64,000 nt of DNA from Lama guanicoe (Eukaryota). The notes beneath the pieces were generated by a model that was not told where the DNA came from, made no database searches, and was given only the letters and a program-made list of their open reading frames with translations. The stretch spans positions 693,190 to 757,189 of the forward strand of contig MU053334.1 in the NCBI GenBank assembly GCA_013239625.1, read 5' to 3'. The translations under genes were made by a program, and so were the position numbers. Below, one piece after another: positions 1 to 10,736 of this stretch (positions are counted from its first letter, which is position 1; each line of letters begins with the position of its first letter).

Positions 1-330
<330 letters not shown>

Positions 331-548
331 ACACATAGCCCCCTCCCCCAGCACGGCCCTGACAGCGGCCCAGGCCGCCTCGCCGCCCGCCACGTGTGGA
401 CCCGGGGCCGCGCCCATCTGTCCGCCTAGACGGCTGTGAAGCCGGGGAGGAGGGGCACTGGGGGCCACGCCGCGCTGGGCCTGCCCGTGCGCTCCCCTCG
501 CTGTCTCTCTGCCCCTCTGACAACGCCCTGTTTCCACTCTGACACCAG

Positions 549-568
549 GAATTATCCCGAAAAGTTAA
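549..568 (+). CDS. BRSK2: BRSK2 alternative terminal exon, short isoform ending (G)IIPKS*
   Basis: ctctgacaccAG|GA ATT ATC CCG AAA AGT TAA, same phase 1 as the acceptor at 107. GIIPKS is the recalled end of the short BRSK2 isoform. Confidence 0.85.
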
Positions 569-1410
569 CACGTCGCCTCCACGAGGCCGCCCTCTGTGCT
601 CTGCGCCGGATGCTGGCTGACCCAAGGCCGCTGCCGTGGATCTGTCCTCTCCTCTCCTGCTGCTGCTGCTGCTGCCCGCCCGGCGGCCAGGCTCTGCCCG
701 CCTCTGCCTGCCCGCCCATCGCCTCTGCCCGCCCGCACGGCAGCTCTGCCCGGTCTCAGCTCCGCATGGCCATGGGGAGGAGGACCCGGCTCCGAGGGGA
801 AGCTGCCCCCGGCCCACCCGACGGGATGCGCAGCGACCGGAGCCCTCAGCAGGTCCAGCCTGCCCAGCCGGCCTCCAGATCAGGGCCCAAGGGGGCAAAG
901 CAGCCATGAGGCCCAGCGCCGTGCGGCCTCTCCTCGGCACCTCTCCTCCCTGCAGCTCCCTCCTCCGTCCAGGCACCTCATGCCGCCACGGCTCACGGGG
1001 CTCAGACGCTCCCCTTCCTTCCTGGCCATGGGGGGAAGAGACCCCGGAGGCCCGGAGCACCCGCCCGCCCGCCCCGGGCTGGCCGAGACCAGTGTCACTT
1101 ATTTGCGGTTTTACCTTACTGAGTTTCTTACTTCTCTGTTCAGGGAAGGGGCAGCAGCAGCGCCGTCCTGCCGTCTGTCTGTCTGTCTGTCTGTGTGTCT
1201 TGGGCAGGGTGGGGTCTGGGCCAAGGTGCCCGTGGACAGAGCCGGCGGGGGCAGCCGGTGGATGCGGCGCTGGCAAGCTACTGTAAACTTTAAAGAATTC
1301 CTGCAAGATATTTTTATAAACTTTTTTCCTTGGTTGTTTTTGGAGAAGGGTGTTGGGGGACTGGGGGCAGCGCTAGGCTCGGAGTTCCGCTCTTTGCTCT
1401 TGGTCCTTCC

Positions 1411-1452
1411 TGCACACGCACACGCGCGCGCGCACACGCACACACACACGTA
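1411..1452. repeat. Alternating purine-pyrimidine (CA/CG)n microsatellite
   Basis: tgcacacgcacacgcgcgcgcgcacacgcacacacacacgta. Confidence 0.9.
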
Positions 1453-2071
1453 TTCAGAGAAGGGTGCGCTTCGCTCGGCCTTGGCCCTGGCCCGTTCCGT
1501 GGGGGCCCGGGCTGGGGACCATCTTGGTTTCGTGTCCGAGTGTGGGGCAGGAGGAAGCCCGAACCGCCCACCCCCCCGAGACAGCAGGGGCACCGCAGGG
1601 TTCTTTTTTATTAAAATGACAAAAATTTAAAAAACACAAACAGCCAGGGAGCAAGGCAGCGGCGGCCTCTGCGCGTGGAGGGCCGCCTGTCCGGTCTGTC
1701 TCTGCCTCGGGGGCCACGGGCGCGGAGGCAGGTGCGATTGCACACCCTTGCTGTGACAAGTCCACTTTGCATCTGGTGCCTCCCGCCCGCCCTGTCCGCT
1801 CTCCTGTCGTGGGTAGATTTGAACACTTGTTACACGGACCCCCCGACCACAGGCTGGGATTTCAGTACATGACAAAAAAGCGAACACCTAGAACAGCGAG
1901 AGCCGCGCGCGCCGGCGGGAGGGGCCGCTCCAGAGACAGAGGACACGGAAGCAATACCTCTCGTTAGCCTTCTTCCTCTTTTGTACTCGGGACACACGGA
2001 CGTCGTGCAGACGGACAAGCCCCACCCAGTGTACCCCTGTCAAATAACTGTGAGCGACTTTAGTTCCAAAC

Positions 2072-2077
2072 AATAAA
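2072..2077 (+). terminator. BRSK2: BRSK2 polyadenylation signal AATAAA
   Basis: First canonical AATAAA seen after the BRSK2 stops. A variant ATTAAA at 1610-1615 may be a proximal site. Confidence 0.75.
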
Positions 2078-4469
2078 CTCCTTCCGTAAAGACACCTACG
2101 CCAGTCTCCGTCCAGGCGGGTGGGCAGGGCGGGACGGGGGGCCGCCTGGGGCTGGCTCCGCTGGGTGGCTGGCGCTGCTCTGCCCCAGCTGAAGAGGACA
2201 GGCTGCCGTGTGGGGCCGGGCGGGCAGCATGGGCTGGGCCGGCTGGGAGCTGGGTGCAGGACACAGATCTCTGCTGGGGATGGATGCCTGTCGAGCATGG
2301 ACCCTGCCCAGCCACTGAGCTCTGCTGCCACCCGAGACGAGACCAGCACCTTTTTCTCCTGGAGGCTGAGCCTTGGGGCGCCTACCCAGCCTGGATGCCA
2401 CGGGCCGAGGCTGGCGGGTGACCCTGGAGATGGTGGGCTGGCAGAGCACATGGTCCCTGCTGTGCCTACCTCGACCCCACACCAGCCAGCTCCGGCCTCT
2501 GCTGCTGCAGCACCAAGGACGGGTCCCACCTCCCGAGAGCCGCGGGCCACCCAGCCCCATGACAAGAGGGCTGCACCTGGGAGTCGCCACACAACTTTGA
2601 GGATGGACAAGAAGCGATCCTTGACGAGGGGTCTCAGCAGAGACCACAACGCCCGTGGGGCCTTCCCCTGGCCTCTCACGCACGCACCTCCGCCCCTACA
2701 CGAGGAGGTCAGATGCAGCCTGGCCACTCTGCACCCACCATCTACCCCGCCACAGCGCCACCAACACGGGGGCCCGTGGTTTCTGCAGGGTGTCAGCACC
2801 GTACCTGGGCTCCACCCGCTAGAGCCGGTAGAGGCCTCCCAGCCCATGTGGCAAGCTGTTCCCAGGCCTTGCCACATGTCCCGCGGAGGGGCGGGGGCCT
2901 GACTCTCCCCACGCCCCGTGCTGGAGGAGCGCTCCACGGCGGCACCATGCTCCTGGCTGCTGAGCTGGGGGCCCCGCCGACGTGGAGCTGGGCCTCCCCC
3001 ACCGCCCGGCCCTGTAATGTCGCCTGGCCTCTGAGGGAGCTCGGGGCCCAGGAGGGAGAGGGAGAGGCCAAGGGGACCAGCTTCCACTGCAGTCGATGGA
3101 CTGCATAATGTCCCGTTACCTTGAGCTTGAAAAAGGGGCTGGGGGAGGGGGTTTGGTTGCTGCATTCTGGCAAGGCACACGATTGTCTGGCTCCTGGGGC
3201 CCTGTGTGGCCAGCCGCCAGAGAAATGTCCTCGACCTGTAGTTCCACATCTGCTTTACTGAAGGAGCAGCTGACACACAGACCTCCTCCTCCTCCACTCG
3301 GCCCTCTCAATGTTTGCAGTCTGAAGTGTCAGCCTTAATGGGCACATGACTGGAGTCCCAAGAGAAAAAGCCACGGCAGACCACCAGCTTTCCGTCTGCC
3401 CGCCACCACGCTCCTCCAGTGGGAAGGAGCCACGTCCTGCAAGCCCCCTTTGACGTGAAGCTCTCCCTTGTCTGTAAGCAACAAACCAGGGCAAGCTAAG
3501 CCAAAACCTGTTAGTGTTGATATTTGCTAACATAAAATAAAAGCCAATACCCAAGCACTTACGATGTGCCAGACACTGTTCTGAGCACATCACACTTCCC
3601 TTTCTTGGACACACCCCGCACCCCACCACCAGCCCTCAGCTCTCTTGGGAGTGACTCAGCAAGGGGGAAGGTGAGCAGGGAACAGAGAGGGTGGCCAGGG
3701 ACGGGAAGACGACCCCACGGCAGTGCTGTCTGCTGGAGAAGGGCAGCGGGGGCTGACGGACGAGGGAGGGGACAAACAACAGCCGTAGGGGCGCCGGGTG
3801 GGACTGTGGGTTCTGGCTGTCAGGCCCAGGCCCAGGCCTGCTGTCTGTCAAACTCACCCTGGGAGTCGGGTCCTGGGCAGGTGTCTGCATAGGTCGTCTC
3901 CTCTGGCCTCAGAGTGACCCTGTGAGAGCCCCCTGGCCCGTCTGACAGACATGTTAGTTTCCAATCACTGTAGGAACAAGTTACCAAACACCTAGTGGCT
4001 GAAAACCACAGAAGTGTGTTCTCTCAAGTTCTGGAGGCCAAGACCTGGGTCTCACGGGGCTAAAATCGAGATGAGGCCTGGGCTGCGTTCCTTCTGGAGG
4101 CCCCATGGGGTCCTTTTCCAGCTCCTGAGGCTCCAGCATCCTTGGCTCATGGCTCCTTCCTCCACCTCCAAGGCCAGGGACGTCGGGCTGGGCCCCCCTG
4201 GCTCTCCCAGTTCCAGGGACCACCATGATCACACTGGGCCCAGACAGCTTTAATTCCCGTGCTACGTAAGGTGGCGTGTTCACAGGTTCCGGGAATCAGG
4301 GTGTGGACTCTTCTGGGTGGTGGCATGATTCTGCCTACCCGCCAGCAAGTTTCATGTCTACCTCACATGTGAAACACACCCCACTGCGAGGTCCCCAAGT
4401 CTCAACCCGTGACAGCATCAAGGCAAACCCCAATCCCACCTAAATCACCTGACTCACGTATAAATGGGG

Positions 4470-4594
4470 TTTTCTGCGGGGGAGGGGAGGTAACTAGGTT
4501 GGTTTATTTATCTGTTTAACGGAGGTACTGGGGATCGAACCCAGGACCTCGTGCATGCCAGGCACGTGCCCTATCGCTGAGCTACACCTGCCCC
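4470..4594 (-). mobile_element. tRNA-derived SINE (camelid vic-1-like)
   Basis: Reverse complement reads GGGGCAGGTGTAGCTCAGCGATAG...GAGGTCCTGGGTTCGATCCCCAGTACCTCC...AAATAAACC, with A and B boxes. Confidence 0.85.
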
Positions 4595-4732
4595 TGCAGG
4601 TGAGACTTCTGAGTATGATCCACCCTAGCAAAAAATTCCTTTCCACACGTGGACCTTTGAAACTAGGCAAGTTCTCTGCTTCCAAAACACAACGGTAGAA
4701 CAGTCGTGAGATGCCCAAAAGGGGGGACAGCC

Positions 4733-4870
4733 GGGGGGACGGTAAGCTCAGTGGTGCATGCACGAGGACGTCCTGGGTTCAATCCCCAGTACCTCCGTCA
4801 AATAATAAGTGGATAGATAAATAAATAAACCTAACTACCCAGTATCTCCATAAACCACCCCCACAAAAGC
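4733..4870 (+). mobile_element. tRNA-derived SINE (vic-1-like)
   Basis: ggggggacggtaagctcagtgg...gtcctgggttcaatccccagtacctcc...ataaataaacctaactaccc. Confidence 0.85.
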
Positions 4871-5091
4871 CCCGAAAATGCAGAAGGGAGAAAGTGGAAG
4901 GAGGCAGGCGATTTCAAAATCCAGGCGGGCACACCCCATCAGCGCCCGTCAAGGCCCCGGCTGTGCCCCCAGGTCCCCCCTTTCCTCGGGAGGAGGGGGG
5001 CGGGCCCTCAGCTGAGGCGCCATCGGTCTGTCCTCCGCCCGCAGGATCTGCAGCAGAGGCCTTCCACGCCATCCTCTCTGGTCTGCTTCTG

Positions 5092-5204
5092 CTTTGCGGG
5101 GGAGGTAATCCGGCTTATTACTTATTTTGATGGAGGCTGGGGATTGAGCTCAGGACCTCGTGCGCGCTAAGCGCATGCTCCACCTGGAAGCTGTACCCGC
5201 CCCC
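5092..5204 (-). mobile_element. tRNA-derived SINE (vic-1-like), degenerate
   Basis: gggggaggtaat...tggaggctggggattgagctcaggacctcgtgcgcgctaagc...gctgtacccgcccc. Confidence 0.8.
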
Positions 5205-8200
5205 TTCCCATGCCCTCTCTGCCCCTCTCAGTCTGAGCTGGCAGGGATTCTGACGGTGCAAACCCTCAGACCTGCGGTGTGTGTGTGCAGGGCACTTGCT
5301 CCACAGGAGAAGGGCTCCTCAGGCCCTTCCAGGGAAGCTCTCCCCTGCGGCTCTTGCCGAGGTGGCCGAGGGTGTTGGCCACAGGGCTCCCCTGGTCAAA
5401 GCCCTCCATGCGCTGGAGTGCTCTGCCCTTGCCCGTCCTGCGGCGTCGGTGAGAGGCTGCCTGGCGGCCCTCGACATTTCTCTAGAGCGTGCTGTCCTGA
5501 CATGAGTCTCTTCATTCAATGTCTTTTGCAATCTGGCTCGACGGAGAATTTCTCAAATCATCACGTGTTCAGGGCCCTTTTGTTGAGCAGTTCTTCCCTC
5601 AACTTCTCTCTTTCATCTCACATTTTACTACAAGCAGCAAGAAGAACCCAGGCTGCGCCTTCCATGCTGCTTGGAGATCTGAGCTAAATACCCAAGCTGG
5701 CTGCTTACACGTCCTGCTGTGCACACGGCTGCAGGAGGACTGAACTCAGCCAAGCTTCCTGCCGCGTAAGCCTGTGTTTCCAGTTCCCAAAGACACGGTC
5801 CTCACGTGCGGAGCCCTCGCCCTCGGTGCTCTGACGTTCTTATCTCCACTGCAGACGTCTGTGCTGGCTTCAAGTGTTCCTCCAGGTGAATCCGGCTCCC
5901 TAAACTGTGCCCCCCGTTCACTTCTGAGTCTTCAGGAGCAGAGCCCTGAACATCCACACTTCTACCGATAATCTGTTGAAGGAAATCCAGGCTTTTCCTA
6001 TGACGCCCTTCAAAGTTCTCCTGTCCTCTGCCACTGCCTCACCCAAAGCCGACTCTTCACGTGTGAGTCTCTGTTACAGCAGCATCCCACTCCTGCATTC
6101 ACGGCCTGTTTCTGCTGTCACAAGTTACCGCGAGCTGAGTGGCTTCAGACAAAACAAACCTGTCATCTCACAGTGCTATACTCAGAAGTCCAGAATGGGT
6201 CTCACCGGACTGAAATCAAGGTGGCAGCGGTCTGCCTCTCCGGAGGGTCCAGGGGAGAACAGCCTTTTCCAGCTCTAGAGCTGCCCGCAATCCTTGACTC
6301 ACGGCACCCTCCTCCTCCCCCATCGGGCCAAGTCTCAGTCCCGCGCCACCTCTCTGCTCCTCCCTCTTCTGCCTCCCCTCCCACGTATGCAAAGTCCACC
6401 TGGATGGCCCTGGACACTCTGCCTGAACTCCTCTGGCCACTTCAACGTCACCCTGCCAGGAAAGGCAACACATTCACAGGTCCCAGGGACCAGGGCATGG
6501 ACGTCATCAGGGCGGCTGTCACGCTGTCCGCCAGAACAGAGGCAAGAGAACTAGCTAAGGCCGCACAGGGGGGCAGGTAAGTGAACGGCTGTCAGAGCAG
6601 AGCTGGGGGTCAAGCCTGAGCGCTCCCCTCAAGCTGGGCTCTCACCACGGAGCCCGGGGCCTCCGTGCAGGCGGGGGCTGAGAGGGCCGCCTGCAGCCAC
6701 CTTGTGGTGTGCATGGGGAGACTGACACGGACGAGGCTTCCCGAGGCCCCTGTGGGCCAGGACTCTGAGTTCTGCAGCAAGGGGCAGCAAGCTGGTGGAG
6801 ACCTCAGGGCCTTTCCCTCACCCTTGGGAGGTGTGCAGGCTGGTCCAGCTGGCTCAGTCCAGCAGAGGCACCCTTCAGGGGACTGGTGCTGGTCCTCACC
6901 CTTCCTAATGACCAGTGCTGTGGCCACAACCCTCATGTTGCCCAGGAACTGCAAAGCCCCTTCCTGAGCCAGACCAACATGACCATGTGGGTCCTGGAAG
7001 CCTCCCTGCAGATATCCTGTGGCTCCTTGTGGAGACATCACTCCCTGGACCCAACACACACGCTCTGTATCACAGGTTTCACTCAGCAGCTTGAGCTGAA
7101 GTTGCAGTGACCTGCTGGCACCTCTACCCAACGTTGGCCATGCAGTCCCCAGCTGTCCTCACTCCTGCCGTGGACCAGCCTCACCAGGCCTCATTCCTAA
7201 ACCCACAGGAGACACAGGCTGTGTGCCTGGCCTGCTACCCACACCCGGCAGCCTGGCTCCACCCTCTTCGTTTAACTCCCAGCGTGGCCCTCCCTGGGCC
7301 CCAGGGCATGACTTTGGCTCCCACATCCAGTCCATGTGGGACCTCTACTTAAGAGGTCCTTGCCCAGCTGGGAGTAGGGGGGGACATGCCTGGGGGAGGG
7401 GCCCATGCGACCTGTGGGCCAAAGTTTCGCAGTAAGGCCCAGACGGTGGAGGTGGTGGCAGGTGGCCGGGTGTTCTGGGAGGCGCCTGCCAGGAACAGGG
7501 TGGTGGCTGCCAAGCTCACCCCTCCCAGCCTCATCGGAGACGTCAGGGCTCAAGGGACCAGTAAGGTCCCCAGTGGGTGGGAGGTGTGGCTTGGATGTGG
7601 TCTGCATGTCCAGTGATGCGGGGTACAAAGGTACACACCCCAGTGAAGCAGCAGTGGGCTCCGAGGGGCGTGGTGGGTGCTCCAAGTGCGGCTGGCAGGC
7701 GATATGGGTAGAACCTTCTGGAACAATGCTCAGTAAAGCCACGGTAAAACAGTTCTGCGGTCCCCCATCTCCAGGGACTGAGTCAGTGGGTTTGGGGTGG
7801 CCCAGCACTGGGGAGCTTTCAAGCTGCCCGCAGTGAGCGCTGTGCGCAGGTCAGGGAGGTGCCCCAGCGCAGGATGGGTCCAGGAGACGGTGGGGGACCC
7901 TGTGGGGAGCCAGGGGCCAGCCAGTAAAGACAACGCACCCAGGATGCATGTGGACCTCCGGGGGAGCCCCAGGCCGGTCAAGGGGCAGCTCTGGGGGCAG
8001 GAAGAGGAGAGAGAACTGCAGCAGCAGCGAGGCCCACCCTCCAGCTGAGCAGGTCTGGGAGAAGGTGGTGGGGGAACTGGGTGGCCACAGTAGGCTGGGA
8101 AGACTGTGCAGGATGGAAAGGCCAGCCCAGGCTGTGGGAGGCAGAGGTGGCAGGGGGCCTGCTAGGCCCTGGGGGCTGGTGAGGTGCCAGGAAAGCAGAG

Positions 8201-8964
8201 AAAGGGTCTGCTGGCCACAGCTGGGCTCCGCGGCCAGGTGAGCGTCAGGAGGGCAGGAAACCTCGGACCCCGTGGGATGAAGGCTGGTGGGGAGGGCGCG
8301 GGAGCCCCAGTGAGCTGGGAGACAGGAGAGCAGGGACCAGGACCCTGTCATTTAAGGGGACCATGCGGGGTTAGCACGACAGGAGTTAACACTCAGAGAA
8401 GGCTGCCCCTGCATCAGCAGGCAGCATGTCAGATGGGGAGGGGGACACGACCTCGCTGGAACCCCTCTCCTCCATTCATGGGGGCTGGACAAGCTCCAGG
8501 GCTGTTCAAGCCGCAGCCACTTCCGTCCCTCGGAGTCCGGCCCACACTCTCCCTGTGCTGGCCCTCAGGCCACGCTGCCCCATGCAGAGGTGGTCCCCAC
8601 AGCTGAGCCTGTGATGGGCTGGCCAGGAAGCCCCAGCCAACTCCAGCCCACAGCCCGGGTCCCGGCTGCCTGCACTCAGAGGGCACAGCACAGGGAGAGT
8701 GGTGGAGGCCCCTGGAGACAAGGGACGCAAAGCCTGAACCCGCCCCCAGCCTCCCGTGGACAGGTCAGCAGGATACCAGCAGTCAGCCCTGGAGGTCAGT
8801 GAGAGGACAGAGCCCCCGGCGGCCTGCAGGGGCTGGGGAGGGCACAGGGAGAAGGAGACGGTGGCCACAGGGTGAGCCCGGCCACCCCCACCTGCCCTAG
8901 TAGCCTCCACACGGGTCCCGGAGACGCCGAGGACACACACAGGCGCTGACCTGAGAGAACTGTT

Positions 8965-8970
8965 TTTATT
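8965..8970 (-). terminator. MOB2: MOB2 polyadenylation signal AATAAA
   Basis: tttatt on +, ~665 nt past the MOB2 stop. On - it is followed by a GU-rich element (cctgtgtgtgtcc). Confidence 0.85.
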
Positions 8971-9634
8971 ACACCCGAATGGCGGGGGGCGAGCCAGCGG
9001 TGCTCTCCAGGGACGGCAGCCGCGACTCCACACAGGCTGCCCGCCCCGGCCCCTCGGCCCTGAGCCCGGCCAGCCCAGAAGTAACACAGCCTGTGGGCCC
9101 GGGCCCCGCAGGGCACCTGCGCCCCCCACCTGCTCTGGGCAGCACCAGCCAAGGTCCGGACCAGGCAGGAGAGAGGAGGGAGAACTGGGAAGGAGTAGCT
9201 AGAAGCAGCCGCGCCCCCCGAACAAAACAAAGTGGCAGCGAGTCTGCAGCCCCAGCCCCGACGGGGGCCCTGCCTCCCGTGTTTCTGCCTGAAGGTGGGG
9301 CCCCAGGGCTGGCGGGTGGAAGACCAAGGGGAGAAAAGACCCCAGAAGGAAGTTCAGAACGTCAGTCCGGAAGTGTCTGCCGAGCGCACGATGGACTGGA
9401 GTCCAGAGATCCTTCCTAACCAGCGGCGCAGACGCCTGCCCGCCGGGAGGATGGCGCTGGGAGAACCGCGGGAAGTGGCCCCGGGTCAGAGGCGCCCACA
9501 CGCCACGCGGCCGGGGGGCAGCGCCGCCTCTCAGACCTCTGCCCAGCGTGCCCAGCCCGTGTGCGCGCACACGCAGACACACGCGGGCACGCGGACCACG
9601 TCTCTGCACGCGGGCACGCCCGTCCGGCCGGGGC

Positions 9635-10077
9635 TCACCTGGCCTTCACGTGGTTCTGTGCCCCCGCGCCCCCGCCAGCCCCGTCCCCGCTGCCCCCGCC
9701 GCTGCACAGCACCTCCGTGAGGTCATCCATGACGGCGGTCTCTTTGGGGTCCAGCAGGTTGAACTCCCGGGCGAAGAGGATGAAGTGGACGTAGAGGGTG
9801 TTCAAGTACCCCGCCCCCCCGCCAGCCCCCTCCCCGCTGCCCCCGCCGCTGCACAGCACCTCCGTGAGGTCATCCATGACGGCGGTCTCTTTGGGGTCCA
9901 GCAGGTTGAACTCCCGGGCGAAGAGGATGAAGTGGACGTAGAGGGTGTTCAAGTGTCCGTGCAGCTCCAGGGCCAGGGTCTCCTTGAAGTGGGCTGAGTA
10001 GATGTGGGCCAGCACGTGGAACAGGTACCTGCAGATCTTTTTCACCAGGGACTCGAAGGAGCTGGGGAACTCCCGGC
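9635..10077 (-). CDS. MOB2: MOB2 last coding exon (G)REFPSSFESLVKKICRYLFHVLAHIYSAHFKETLALELHGHLNTLYVHF...AQNHVKAR*, containing a 147-bp in-frame duplication
   Basis: Acceptor ccccgcAG at 10079-10078, phase 1, TGA at 9637-9635. Matches the recalled MOB2 C-terminus. Confidence 0.95.
9661..9954. repeat. Tandem duplication, 2 x 147 bp, inside the MOB2 CDS
   Basis: 9661-9807 vs 9808-9954 are identical except 9661/9808 (c/a), 9668/9815 (g/c) and 9683/9830 (g/c). Confidence 0.97.
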
Positions 10078-10611
10078 CTGCGGGGACGGGCCAACTGGTC
10101 ACCCAGAGCCCGCTTGGTCTGCCACACCCTCCTTCCCCAGTGGCCAGAGGCCAGACAGGCCCCCCGAGTTCCCAGCTGGTGGAAAGGCGGCCAGCTGGGC
10201 GCTTCCTGCAGGACCTGCCTGGAGGGCCTTGCACCCCCTGCCCACTGCTCCTCTGACCCTGCAGCCCTCACTGAGCTGCCCACTGGTAGGCACTGGGGTG
10301 ACACCCCACTGCCCAGAGGATGGCTGCTTGCCGAGCTGTACTGATGGCCTGTGAGGGGAGGGGCCTGCGACCCCGCCACACACAACCTGAAGCCCAGACT
10401 TGGCTCTGGGGTCACACGTGCTTCCCTGACAGGTGCTCCAGGGCTCTCTCCGAGGCCTGGGCTCCAGAGGAGGGGGCCCAGGTGACAGGAACCTCTTGCC
10501 AGCCAGGGGCTGCCCTCTGGCCACTCAGGATGGGCCTGGATCCCCGCTAGCCCCAGAGCACGGGCTGGGGGTGCCCTGACCAGCCCGGGCTCGCTCTCTG
10601 GGGACACATAC

Positions 10612-10736
10612 CGTATTTTGTGGGGAACACGTCCTCATCGGTCACCAGCTTCTGTACGGAGCTCATGACAAAGTCGACGTACTGGGGGGCCGTGCACTTG
10701 ACCTTCTTCCCCCGCTCGTCGTACCAGTAGTACTGT
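10612..10736 (-). CDS. MOB2: MOB2 exon 4 (T)QYYWYDERGKKVKCTAPQYVDFVMSSVQKLVTDEDVFPTKY(G)
   Basis: 125 nt, ccgcAG acceptor and GTatgt donor, phases 2/1 consistent with neighbouring exons. MOB-family motif. Confidence 0.97.

Larger units (their letters stand above)
569..2100 (+). other. BRSK2: BRSK2 3'UTR
   Basis: Lies between the stop codons and AATAAA at 2072-2077. Contains AU-rich blocks (about 1277-1330 and 1600-1640), (CTG)6 at 657-674 and a CA/CG tract. Confidence 0.75.
3952..6538 (-). mobile_element. MaLR (MLT1D-like) element with two LTRs (~3952-4343 and ~6094-6538) around an internal region, interrupted by three SINEs
   Basis: Both ends carry diverged direct copies of the MLT1 signature (acaagttacc...agtggct...aaac...ggtctcac.gg.ct.aaatc.ag...cttttccagctc...ttcacagg.cc..gga.cagg...tggac). 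The segment before the second LTR (cagcagcatcccactcc) resembles the MLT-int end. Confidence 0.7.

Noticed and set aside
657..674. (CTG)6 in the BRSK2 3'UTR as an expansion-type locus
   Set aside because: Too short to be unusual.
1888..3297. 469-aa ORF on the - strand
   Set aside because: Low-complexity G/A/P/R-rich translation, no recognisable domain, non-ATG start; expected by chance in GC-rich DNA.
4470..4870. tRNA-like A/B-box sequences as tRNA genes
   Set aside because: They continue into SINE body and A-rich tails without a full cloverleaf; a similar copy at 22788 has a TSD.
9661..9954. Repeat as a CRISPR-like array or a separate MOB paralogue
   Set aside because: Two adjacent copies with no spacers, inside one eukaryotic exon and with no splice sites between them.
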